Of a stretch of 64,000 nucleotides of DNA, positions 12,411 to 24,600 are shown one piece after another; the first letter of the stretch is position 1; each line of letters opens with the position of its first letter. The notes under the pieces are model-generated. The model did not search any database and was not told the origin of the DNA. It was given only the letters and a program-made list of their open reading frames with translations. This stretch comes from Raillietiella orientalis. Lineage: Eukaryota. The stretch covers positions 124,001-188,000 of the forward strand of contig JAYWIR010000092.1 of NCBI GenBank assembly GCA_036172245.1, in the 5' to 3' direction. The translations under genes were made by a program, and so were the position numbers.

Positions 12411-15198
12411 TATAACCCGGGTGCACCAGGGCGTTTATTGTAAACTATCCGGGAACATGGTTCCTGGACAAAGGGGAAAACAAGAGACGAAGGGGGTGGG
12501 ATCCCGACACGCAGGTCGGTATGCCAAAAGTCCGGAACGGGAGGGAAGGGACCACAAATACACTACTATAAAAAAAAAAAAGAAAAATATGGAGGGCAGG
12601 GGACAGGGGTCTTTGGTGAGTCCGTTCCTTAATTTCAAAACAGGCGATGGGTTCCGGCGATCTCTTTCCTTACGCCCTGTGGCAGATGGGCCCACTCGGC
12701 AGCCGACGACATGTTTGTGCTGGCTAATCCCGTGGGCTGACGAAGGATGGCCAGCTTCTTCAACTCTCGGTGGAACTTGTCGATGGCGCGGGTGAAACAC
12801 ACGGCTGCAACGGCAGCACCCAAAGACAGCCCGCCTGCCGTGAAGAAGCGGCGCATCAAGTCCCTCGCGGTGTCCCCCTGATGCAGGAGAGCTGAGGCCA
12901 GCCTCCGCCAGACTCCTAGAAGGTCACTGCAGTCCAGGAGCAGGTGCGGGAGCGTTTCCACTTCCCCGCACCGCTCACAGTTTGGGGAGACAACTCCCCC
13001 GGAAGCAAGGTTCGTCCGCTGGTTGCAGTGAAAATCCCAATGCAGCAGCATGATGACGTACTGCTTCCACGAAAGGGGGAACATCGAAGTGTTTAAACAG
13101 GAGGGAGGGACCACAAGTTCTTCGGGGGGCACACTCAAGTGCTCGCTCCACCGAAGGAGTGCCTTCGAGATGAGGGGAGGCGTGGCGGCGTCTGCCAGCT
13201 TGCAAGTCCTCCAGCCGCCAATAAATCATGTTGTTCCTGCAATGGTGCAGGCGACCTCCTATCTCGCCGGTTCGCGGCGGTCATCTCTTGATCCGAGGGC
13301 AGACAGTGCGTCGGCGAACGGCGTGACGACCAGGCGGGTCCACTTCTCCTGGCTGTTGCACACCTCGTCCAACGTGCAATACGGGGACAGGTGAGCGCAA
13401 CGAAGCTCCAGGAGGAAAACATTCTGGTGCTTTGCCCAGCCATGCAACGGTTCCTGCGGTCAGGCTTGAAAGTTCGTTGGGCGGCAGGACATCCATTCCT
13501 AAGCTTTCAGGCGCCGGTACAGCGGTTTCAAGGGGAAACCGAAGCTTTTCGTAGCGCGCTCCGTGTGCGGCCGCAGCGACACAAGTCCATCACTGGCTGT
13601 GCAGCGCCGCAGAAGCAGGCGCGCGGAAGCGCACCACGGAGTGGACCAAAGGTTGGTGCACAGGGCCAACATCCGAAGCTGCACCTGCAGCTCGATTCTC
13701 TCCAGCGTCAGGATGCTTAAGAAAGCATCCCGACGCGGAGCCGTTAAGTCTTTGAGGCGTATCCTGGACCTCGCAGGTCTCCACAGAGCGTTCCTCAACA
13801 GGCTGTGTGCCTGGAGCTTGGCCGAGTAGGGAGACGGGCGAACAAAAAGCAGGGGGCGCAAAAGGGGGGCAACGAAGGTGTTCCATATCGTGGCCCGCTC
13901 AGGCAGGATGGACCTGCCATGGTGGAACGGGCTCAGAGCATTCGAAGCCTTTCGAAGGCAGTCCGACCACACTTCCACTGGGCTGATGTTCCCCAGCTGA
14001 ACGCCCAGATATTGCATGAAAGAAGCGGTCGGGATCTCCAGGCGGATCAAGTCGGACTGCCCCTACCACGCCGCATTAATAGGTACGACCACGCTCTTCC
14101 TCCGGTTTACGCTCATGCCCGCTACCCGGCAAATCAGCTCGAAGAAATCCTACAGACTGGACGCCGGGGTGGTCATGGGTAAGAGGAGAAGCAGGTCGTC
14201 AGCATAGGCCGCCACGGACGGCGCTCCTGTACATGAGCTTGGCAGGTTGGCCAGCGTAAGCCTGTACGCCCTCAGCACCAACTCAAAGAAGATGCTGAAG
14301 AGCAACGGGCTTAAGCTGTCGCCCTGTCTGATGCCCCGCCGCACCGGAACGCCGTACACATGGCACCCGCTAAAAGAGATGGAAATGAGCGCGTAGCGCC
14401 TGGAAGCTCGCAAATACGCCACGAGTTGCACCGGGATACCGAGACGTTCCAGGAGTTCCAGCAGGAGTTCCTGAATTACGCAATCAAACGCCTTGCGGAG
14501 ATCGACCGCGACCGCCAAGGCACCCGGCGCTTCCCCAGGCCGAATATAGCGACTCCAAGACTCGGTAGCCGCAGATGCGGTTGCCTGGCTGTCGTGCGTT
14601 ACGCAACGTTGCAGCTCGAGCCACGTGCGCGCGAAGAACAGGTTCGCCTTCATGGACCGCCCGGGAACAGCGTAAGACTTCTCCGGACTTACCACGGATT
14701 CAGCGATCCTGCCTAGGCGCGCGACTCAGAGGCTGCAGAACAACTTGACGTCCGCATTCACCAAGGTGATGGGACGCCAGTTGCTTAAATGGCGCATGTC
14801 TCCGCCTTTCGACAACAGACGCACCCTTGCTGAGCGAAACGAGGCCGTGACATTGCCCGTCTCACGCATCAGCGCAGAAAGCCTCAGCACCAGGGGTATG
14901 AGTTCCGCCGCGAAGCACTGGAAGAACTCCGCAGGCAGACTATCCTCACCTGGCGCCTTGCGCTTCCTGAGGCCCGCTATGGCGAAAGACACTTCTTCCG
15001 TCGTGAAGGGCAAGTCAAGTGTGGAGCGTTCCTTCTCGTCGATTGCAGGGGAATCCGCCGGCAGAAGCAGCTCAAAGAGACTGCGTTCCGTCGGCTCCCT
15101 AGCATACAACGAGGAGTAGTAGCGCTTTAGGAGACGGCGATCGTCGGCCGCGCCCGAGCACTCCAGGCCCTAGTTGTCGAGCAGACAACCAGGGCCTG
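12409..15198 (-). mobile_element. Family C-related LINE, ORF2 RT to 3' end, degenerate
   Basis: GIRQGDSLSP, AYADD, CERCGEVETLPHLLLDC. Terminal hairpin at 12409-12439. Confidence 0.92.
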
Positions 15199-15200
15199 GA

Positions 15201-17203
15201 GGCATCAGGCAGGGTGACAGCCTCAGCCCCCTGATCTTCAGCATCTACTTCGAGCTGGTGCTGAGGGCATACAGGGTGACACTGGCAACCCTGCCAAGCT
15301 CGTTTCCCGGCACGCCTGCCGTGTCGGCCTACGCCGACGCCCTTCTCATCTTGCTCCCCAGGTCCACCCCGGCGTCGGCGTTTGAAGATTTCTTTGAGTT
15401 GCAGCGCCGCGGAACGGGCCTCGAGGTGAACATAGAGAAATCCACAATAGTTCCTAGATCTTCACTGCTTTATGAAAATACGGCGTAAGCAGGACGGCCG
15501 GACTGGATTCGCTTGGGGACCCCCACGGGCAGGTGCTTCAAGTACCTTGGCGTTCCGTTGGGGGACTTCTGCGTTCCAGAAGCCTGGTCCATCCATCTTC
15601 AAAAGGTGAAGTTGGCGATCGGCCCGTTCCGGAACGGCAAGTTTTACTAGCAGGAGCGGGCCGCGGTGTGGAATGCGTTCGCGGCCACCCTCCTTCGCCC
15701 CTTACTTTTTGTTTTCCCCGCCCCTCCCATCATACAGAGACGGACCAAAGCCCTCTTGAGGACTGCCCTTCGGGGCACAGCGAGGTCGCGAGTCCTATTG
15801 AAAGACTTGTGCGCTCCACGCAGGAATGGTGGCTCGGGCCTCCTTACTTAGGAGCGCATCCAACTACAAACAACACTTCGAAAGTTAGCCCTTGCGGCTA
15901 TCTTATGGATGACGTCAAGGTGCGATCCGGCACGGCTCCTCGCCAGAAGAGCGACCAGCTGCGAAGGATTGTCCTCGATCCTCGTGGCCTACCAGCGCAG
16001 CCTCTCCAACTGTGGCCCCGATTTGCGCCAGATGGTCGCCCTGATGAGGGAGAATACCTGGATCTCCTGCCTCCCCGTGAACTGCACTGCCTGGCTTCAG
16101 GAGTCAGCTTCCGCGTGGGCTAAGATCAACGGCACGAGCAAGGCGGAATACAACTGCCAACGACGAGGACCGTACGCTCGACAGCCGCTGAAGGAGATTA
16201 TCAACACGCCCCGGAAGTTTCTGTGGGCTTCTTTCAGCCCCCTTGCCCCCGTTTTGTCCTCCCTAAAAAACACCTGGAGCAGCAACGAGCGGGCATCGTG
16301 GGAAGTGTTCTGCCTCATCCGAGGCAGGAAAAAACCTTTAAAGGCGTGGACGACTCGGGAGATCACGGACGCTGCCACCCCGAGCGTCCCGCCTCACGGA
16401 CTTGCGCGCTGGGGAGTGCTGCTCGCGATACCTCCGGAGAAGGTGAAGTGGCCCCCAGCGTGTTGGGATTTCGGCACACTTCCGTTGAAGTGGCAGGAGA
16501 CGGTGTTGCTATTTCTGCACTGGAGACTGTTAAGCAGAGCACGCCTGTCTCACTGGACACTGAGGAATGTGTATGCCCGCTGTGTCGAGTGCGGTGAAAG
16601 AGAAACCTCCATGCATCTCACCCTCGAGTGTGTCGCCCTGGATGGACTCTGGAGTCGTATCGCCCCAATCCTCCATCTTCCAGTAGGCGACGCTAAGGAA
16701 ATTTACCATCGCCTCTTTCTGCGTGACGGCCTGCGCCCCGCTGCGTCTCTAGCAGTCCTCTGCTGCGTGCGCGGCATTGTGCAAAGGTGGCACGCCAGAA
16801 GAAGAGGCCCAAGATGCAGGGACGCTTTCCACTGGACGACGATCTCTTTAGAGACTGCGACAAGGTGGAATCTACTTCCAACAGTAAAAGCTGAACTTGA
16901 CTGCATCCTAAACAGGATGCGGAGGACCGACCCAGGCGCCCAGTGATCCCTTCCGTGCCCCCCCTCCACCGCCCCATATAACTGTTTCCCTCCCGTTATT
17001 TCTCTTTTTGTTTGTTTTTTGTTCTACTTTTCCCTTCCCATGCGCCTCGGGAATGGACCTAAGCGGACTATGCACCGGCAACAGACACGTCACCCAAGGT
17101 GGGAAAACCAAGTTTTTTCCACAACCAACTTTTGAAAGACTTTATTATCTGATTTTTGTAATAAATTAGAATAATAAATGCCCCGGCATATCCGGGTGAC
17201 AAA
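15201..17203 (+). mobile_element. Family G LINE, 5'-truncated within RT, complete 3' end
   Basis: Starts at GIRQGDSLSP; YADA; CVECGERETSMHLTLEC; stop at 16946; AATAAA at 17173 + hairpin. Confidence 0.92.
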
Positions 17204-17300
17204 CGTCGGCCGCGCCCGAGCACTCTACGCCCTGGTCGTCGAGCAAACAAGCCGTTCCTGACCGCCAGACCTGGCGCTCGGCCTTGGCCTGGTACTCCGA
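17204..17300 (-). mobile_element. Host ORF2 remnant (SEYQAKAERQVWRSGTACLLDDQGVECSGAADV)
   Basis: Translation matches the family C ORF2 linker. Confidence 0.85.
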
Positions 17301-18611
17301 GTGCAACAACAACAGCGCCGTTTCCTGCCATTTGAGGGGGAGGGTGGAAAAGTCTTTGAACAACAGGGGCCATTTTAGGTCATCCGCCGGGATGCCAAGC
17401 AGCTCGCTTCATCTCCGTTTTCCATGCGGTTGAACGCTTGGGGATGCGGCGTCTGCCAGTTGCCTCATTGTCCACCCGCTTAGATCCTTCTCCTTGCCCG
17501 CTATCCGGCAAGAGACTTGCCATCTCGGCTTCCGGTTGTTATGAAGCGCCCTTCGTAGGAAGGGCAGAGCCGTAGCCAGTGGGGTCGTCTCTGCCCAAGT
17601 GCTTCTGGAGGGACACACGATCATGTTGCGCAGCGTGCAGTGGGTGTAGATGCCGGTGCGCAGGCGGTATCCGGATTCTCCACTGATGTCTTTTAACTTT
17701 GCCCACGTTCCAACTGTTTTTTTCAGCCATGCGCTGGAATTGGCAGGGCTGCAGGTCATCCACGCGTTCTCCTTTGCCAGGGTGGCCATGCGTCCTAGGA
17801 GAAGTCCGCATATTTTTTGTTTCCGGCCGGGGCATAGAAGAAAAGACGCGAGTCCTTTAGTCCCGGACATACGTCTGGCGAGAAGGCGGGCCGGTACGCA
17901 CCACTGGGTGTTCCGCATTTTCGCTGCGATGGCTAGAGTACGCCACCGCAGCTGTGTTTCCATTCGCTCCATCGTCAGTACGCTGAGACCTCCGTCCCGA
18001 CGCGAGGAAGTGTAAGCCCTGAGTGTGCCAGGTGTGGGGAGCGGGAATCGCTCCTCCACCTTCTAGTTGACTGTGCTGCCATCCGTCCCCTGTGGGAACG
18101 GTTCGGGACGACCCTCGGGCTCCCAATGGACAGCGCGCCCAGAGTCGTTCTTCGGCCATTCTTCGTGCGTGACGCCCTGCAGCCCGTCGCAGCCCTCGCA
18201 GCCCTCTGCTGCATCCGGGGCATCGTGTCGGCCTGGAGCGACATTTGCGACGAAGGAGTGGATGCCAACGAGAGGGTAGTCATTCCGTATGCTGCGAGCT
18301 TCATGCGAAGAGTTGCAAGATGGCCCCATCTGGGACAAACGCCGAAGGACCTAGAGGGCATCCTGCGAAGGATGAGCCCTCCTCCTAGTGAATAGTGATA
18401 CCTTTCCCTCCCTCAAAACTTCTTTTGTTCTCCTTTATTTTATTTTTTTTGTGTTTTGTTTTCTCCCAAACTCCCCTCCACTGCCGAGGAGCGTCACGCC
18501 GGGCTGCGTCCCGGCGTCCAAGCAGGTCCGGTGTTGTGCGGCCGTTAGTGGGGCCTCGTACCACGTTTTTGTAGAGTTTCAATGAACGCCCCAGGTGTAC
18601 CCGGGTGGCAA
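17301..18611 (+). mobile_element. Family B LINE, 5'-truncated with 5' inversion (17301-~18002 inverted)
   Basis: The minus-strand piece RRDGG...LLLLH lies just upstream, in the intact element, of the plus-strand piece TRGSV...PPPSE*. Terminal hairpin at 18581-18611. Confidence 0.88.
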
Positions 18612-18705
18612 CACCAAATTCCCGGGGCAGGCGGTGCACAGGGAACTCTTCGCAGAACTCGTGGACCGAGGCCTTCATGCGGTCCCAGTCTTGGAGATTC
18701 CGGAG
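18612..18705 (-). mobile_element. Host ORF2 remnant ending at 'REFG-V'
   Basis: DWDRMKASVHEFCEEFPVHRLPREFG. Confidence 0.85.
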
Positions 18706-21190
18706 GATACGCCTTCCTTCCTTCGGCGTCCTGGGATCTTGTGGGTTCTTTCAGGATATTGAGATCGCCAACAACGTTCACGACGTCCTTGCTCGCGACC
18801 TCTTCCCGGAGTGCCGCATACAGCGACTCCGCACATCGATGTTTGTACCTGTTTGGCCCGTACACGTTTATCAACAAAATGTGAACGTCAGCGGCCAGGC
18901 CAATCGTACGCCGATGATACGTCCCGGCAAGGGACAGAAGACATCCAGAATGGTAGGGGCTAGTTGGTTCTTGACCAAGAACACCACATCTTCCGTGTTC
19001 CGCTGTCCTTCGCTGAGGAACATCTGCCCATCGAAACATCGTTCCATTTGCTGGATGATCTTAAGAACGCACGTGTGGGTCTAATGCAGGCAAACGATGT
19101 TTTATCTTGAGATGATCCGCCGGATTCTTTTTTTTTAATCTGCTTGATCAGACCATTTACATTGCAGGAGGCGATGTTAATGCTCCTAGCGGTCGATAAG
19201 GTTGAGGCCATAAAGGGGGAAGGCCTATTTCTTGGACTTCCTGAGTTTCTTCTGTCTGGGAGAGCTTGGTGCTTTTCCAAACGAAGAAGCGGGAACCGGT
19301 TTCTCGCTGCCAGCGTCATTCTCCGTCCCGGTGGGATCGGTGATGTCGGTCTCCTCGGTGGAGTGCTCGGCTCCTGCGACGATCTTGCGTAAGAGGGCTT
19401 CCAACGCCAACTTGGCGCAGCCTTTACGTCGAGAAGTTTGTCTTCCAGTTTCTCGCGATCGGCAACCTCCACCAACCTGGTTGACCGTTTGTTGCGCATT
19501 GCAGAACTTCTGCAGGGGCTGCTCCTGCTGATGTTCGCTCTGCACTTACATAACCTTCTTCGCCAATTTTTTGACCTCTTCGGTAGTCTGCATTGCCTCC
19601 TGCGACACCGGAATGGATTCCACCTTTTCCGACTTCTAGTTTCCTTCCGCTGCTTTCATATTTTTACCTTCCACTGCTAATACTTTTTGGGTTAGAGGAG
19701 TTTCCTGCTCCTTGATGAGCATCTTCCTCTCCCCATTCTCATTGACCTCCACAAAGCCGTCCGCTGTAAGCAAAGCGGCTTCCTCCACCTTCCTCTGCTT
19801 TATTACCTTCTGAGGTTTCACCACCTCGGTCAACGTTTTTTACCGCACGGGGGACTGCCCACGCATAGTCCGATAGTTCGCAAACACCGGACAGCACCAC
19901 TTGGCATGCCCTGGCTGCTTGCAAAACGAGCAGACCTCGGGCATGTCGCAATTGCGTACTAGGTTTCCCTGCTCCCTACAGCGGAAGCAACGAGTCCTGG
20001 TGCAGGCACCCGACGATGGCCAAAAAGTTTGCAACCTGTGCAGAACACAGGCTGCTGCTTATAAGAGACAGAGACCTACTCGGAGTCTCCATCAATACGC
20101 ACCATCCCAGGGATCTGTGTCTCCTCCTGCAGCTTCACCTTGACGATCACCCCGCCATAGAAGATTTTTCCGCAGATATTCTGGAACTCTACGTCCAGAA
20201 CCTCCCCATACTTAAACAAGAAGTCTCAAACAGCGTCCTGCTCAGTATTATTATTTATGCCTTTCATGAAGACGGTCGTGTACGGCATTTCGACGGTCCC
20301 ACAAACCATCCGCCCCTGGATGTTTATGCCATTCTCGATCAGGGCCTCCCCCAGTGGTTGACTATCTATATAGATAGTGAACCCCGTCGTCCTCGGTATG
20401 ATTCTCTGCAGACAATCAAAAACCACATAGGTCTTATATATTGCTAGATAGACTTCTTTCACATTATTGAAGCGGATCAGTCCGGTCTTAAACATTATCG
20501 ATTTCGATACCGGACTGAGCCGCACAATCGGCTTCTTGACCCGGGTGATCTTTCCCCTCTCGGGTCTGCCAAATTTTCTCAGAGGCTGAGCAATTGCCTG
20601 GCCCGCCGCCACCGCCGCATACGGAAAAGGCTGCACCGCCGCAGCCGAGCATGATGGCATTGCGATGCTCGCTACGTGGACGCCTGCGGGACCCGCCTGG
20701 GACACCGCCTCTGGCCCGACCTTAACCGCCGCCGCAGGCGCCACCGTTGTTGACGCGGGCGCGATCCTTGGCGCCGCCGCCGCCGGCACGACCACCACCG
20801 TCACCGCCGCAGGCGTTACTCTTGGCATCGCCGCCAACGGCGCCACAACTGCCGCCTCGGGCGCGATCCTCGGCATCGCTGCCGCCTCACCACTGCAGTG
20901 CTGTACCCCCATTTCTTCTATGGGGGACCTCGACCTCTTCGTTCCTTTTCCTATTAATTGCAACCTGAAGGCTGGTACTGCCGCTGAGGAAGTTTGCAGG
21001 TCTTCTACCGTGATCTCCTAGGCGCTTCTTCTGTACTTGTAAGAGCTGATCCTAGGCAGCACTCTCGACAACCTTCGTAAACACAATTGCAACCTCGAAG
21101 ATAGGTGAGTATGAATGAAGTCCAAAATTTCATTTGTGGGTTGGAGAAGATCTCTCGCAGTGGCTAGCCAGCGTTCCAACTCGAAGCATG
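18706..21190 (-). mobile_element. Family A copy 3, diverged: ORF1 and start of ORF2
   Basis: MPRIAP repeats, FKTGLIRFNN, CFRCREQG/CSFCKQPGHAKWCC, MASTLSTARSINIASCNVNG. The 5' boundary is approximate. Confidence 0.9.
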
Positions 21191-21670
21191 CATAAGTCCA
21201 CCTCGCTGGATCCGTTGAATTTTGCCCACGCAGAAACGGACTCCTAAAGCCAGATAGTCCAGTTTGCGGGGCTGCAGGAGATCAACTGGTGGCTACTCAA
21301 CAGAGCCACCAATTCTCGTAGCTGAATGCCACAATGGTACATTCTACAGTCGTTGGTTACTAGGATTGAGGTCAATCCGCTGCAGCCGGTTGCCCCGTGG
21401 GCAAGGAGTTTTGCAGGCGCACACCATGGTGCTATGCAGTAGTGTGCTGCAAGGGCAAGTTTCGTAATTTGGAGCTGACGCTCGATGCGCTCGAACGTTA
21501 GGAGACCATGCTTACCGTCCCTGCGTGGAGCGCACAAGTCCTTCAGTCGGTCGCGGAACCTCCGGGTATCCCAAAGGGCTTTCTTGATTAGACCCCTTGT
21601 TCGTGTCATAATTTGATTAGGAACGGAGCACACAAAAAGTAGGGGACCAAGCTGGGGGGCCGCAAAACTG
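21191..21670 (-). mobile_element. Old degenerate ORF2 post-RT fragment; right edge of the left nest
   Basis: LKDLCAPRRDG, APWCAPAKLL, CSPANWTIWL. Confidence 0.85.
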
Positions 21671-24600
21671 AGAAGAGAAACAGCGTGAGGGAAAGGTAAA
21701 CCTTGTTGAATTTATCAAATATGCGTTACCCTCCGTACACCCTAAGGATGCTCTCCATGATCCTGAAATTCTTCAATGGAAAACCTCAATTCATTTCCCG
21801 AACTCTCTCCATGAGTAATTTAGGATTCCATTGTTTATTGTGCTTTTAGTTTGGTTTAGTTTTTCCTTCTTCTTTAACATGGAACTGAACCACAGCGGAG
21901 TGCACAACGGTGTTGAGCAAGTGCTCTCTGCATCTTAGCCCTAAAGTCCTGTTCGATCAGAACGCAAAAAGCAATTTAGTTCACATGAAAAAGGTTTTCG
22001 AGTTTACTCTGAAATGTTATCTCTATTATTTGAAGAATACACTATCCAGGAAATCGAAGTGCCTTACTGAGCAGGAACCGGATGATATCGGCCGGCTCCT
22101 CTGGCAAACTGGCTGATCCGAAATGTCATGTCCTCTTTGAAGTCCTAGCTTTTTGTTCTGCTGAGCTACAACCGTCCGGTTGCTTGAGATACGATGCAAG
22201 TGAATTAAGTTGTTATCCTGCGCATCCTTTAAAGGTATTTCAATAGTTTTCTGTTTTATTTTAAGCCTTCCTTTCTTTTTGCCACATATTCTTGATGTCG
22301 TGTTCTGAGAAATATTAAGATTCCCAAACTTTCCAGAATAAGCGCTTCTTGTTAAGTCTCTTGGATATGCATCAGAGAGGTCTTGGTAGAATTCTCTTTG
22401 AACACTTTTGAGCGTCTATTGGGCCAAATATTTGACCGAATTGTCGAAAAAGGTATCTTAGATTAGGCGCGTCTGGAAGATGAACTTGCCTGATGTATAG
22501 GCGAGCTTTATTAGTCCCAGGCAAACTTTCCTTATGTTTGCGAGCAGATATCCACTGCCTGTAAGGAACGATAAAGAGAAAACTTCAATTGTCTATGTGA
22601 TACCTTTACTGCTTTGCCGGCAGTTCTTTTGGTGGTTTCCCGGCGTGTGCTACTTGTTCAGGCTAGTGAACAAGTTCCATATAGCATGTTTTATACGCTA
22701 TTCATTGAGTCCACAATCTATTATAGCAGCTTTTTTCTGACAGACTGCTATACACAACGGACATAAGTTGAACACATTGATTCCCGAGAGTTCTTCCAAG
22801 CGTCTTTACTCTTCTCAAAAGGTGCTTTTTCGCTAATCATCCCTTTGTTTATTTCCTTTGGTCCCACTCTTCTCCTCTGCTGTGGTACCGCCAGACACAC
22901 TTTTGTCGGTTTTTGGTATCGCTTGCTTGATTTCAAGAATAAAATGTTTGCCTGCCATGAATACCATTTTACGAGTGTGAACTGCAACGCCCGTCGATTT
23001 CTTGCAAAGGGAAGCAAAAAATTGCGTCACGTGCTCGCCGCAGCAGAAACCAGCCTGCTCTTGTTTCTCAAACACAAACGTCTGATCACGTGTTTGCTTA
23101 GCAGTCACGTATGCAGATTTTAACCTGAAGAACTCTGGATGAAGCAAAATACGCCTGCTTTCTTTCCATCGTCCGCGACAAATCTTCTGATGATGCTGCT
23201 GCAGATTCGGTGCTCCACTGAGACTTCAATAAAAAAGCCGAGCCCTGACGAATGCGTCTCGAGGATATAGCTGTTCAACCAAGGTGTCTCGGAAGTCCCA
23301 TCTTAATACAGGCAAAACTGAAATTCAAAAGACATGACCTTTGGACTGTTTGCAGCGCTACCATGATTTCTCAACGGAGTAATTTCCGGCTTCTTGAATA
23401 CAACGGAGTTGATCCTTGGCACATTTTTCTCCGTTTTAAACATACACAGGCAAATTCCTCGAATCTGTCAATGTGATTCCTGTTGACTTTTTCTGAAAGA
23501 CAACTGCCATGTGGCAATTGTTTTCCTCAGAGAGCTAGATTTGTAAATGTTTTATAATCCAATTGAAGGATTTAAAAATCTCGGAATAAATCTCTGCTAT
23601 TCGCTCATCATCCAGTTTTAGAGGAGCTTGTTTACATGGAAAACCAAAAATATGATGTGTTTCTTTTCCTCTGCGCCGATGGATTGGCGCCGCGTGAATC
23701 CCTACTTTGCTTCCAGAAAGAGTCGTCGTGGGCTACGAGTTTTTTTCCTCTTTCGTGCGCAACCTGCAAGGTGGTGAGGCAGTCCACCAAATCACGAGCA
23801 CACGGCTTGCTAGAGAGAAAAAAAAAAAAATCTTGCCTGAACGAGAGGCACGCTTGTGAATTTGCTGCAACAACAAACAAGCACTACAGCGAAGATGGAT
23901 CTCATCTGCAGGAGTGACGCAGAGCAGGTACTCTGCATCCAAGTGTCTGGAGCACTATGCAAAACCAGCATCGGTGTCAGGCCTCTTGCGCTGCCATTAG
24001 CAACAGGAAAGCCAAAGATTCCGCCTTCATCTCCAGAAGAGACATCGAAACACCCACAGTTTACTCTGTCGCAGTGGCTTATTTATCACCACGACAACGG
24101 CGCAGAACAAACGGAGCGCTGTGATTCTTATCAAGATGCAAATGGTGAGAACTGTCTTGTACGATAACACTCGTTTACAAGGATGCCAACAGGATTGCGG
24201 TGATCGTTTGGGAACATACGCGCGAGGCTTAAAGCAAACAAATGTGCCTAAACCGGTGCCCTGAAATATCTGGGCATATGGCATTTGAAACCGGAGGCGT
24301 GCCTTGACGCTATGCTTGTTTCTCTTGAAATTCGTCCTCTTCGTTATAATTAAAAGCTCCTGGGCGACTTATTCCGTTGCGGTGATCGGAAATCCATGAC
24401 TCATGGTCTAACTCTAATGTTTGCATTTGAAGCACGCTATAATTCCTGAGCCCTTTCTACACGATGAAGAACAGCTCCTGGTTTCTAACGTGAAACTGCC
24501 CTGATAGCAGAATGGTTGCCCCTTCGGCGCGCGTATGGAGAGGGAATAGGTAGCACAACTAATTCTATTTTCAGCTGATTTTTAACTGTCTGGAATTACA

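Noticed and set aside
18481..18566. Self-cleaving ribozyme in the B 3'UTR
   Set aside because: Structured, but I could not fit a hammerhead core or an HDV-like fold by eye.
23818..23830. A-run as a retroposon tail (similarly 12570-12581)
   Set aside because: No associated element body or TSD. The 12570 run is the T-rich 3'UTR of a minus-strand LINE.
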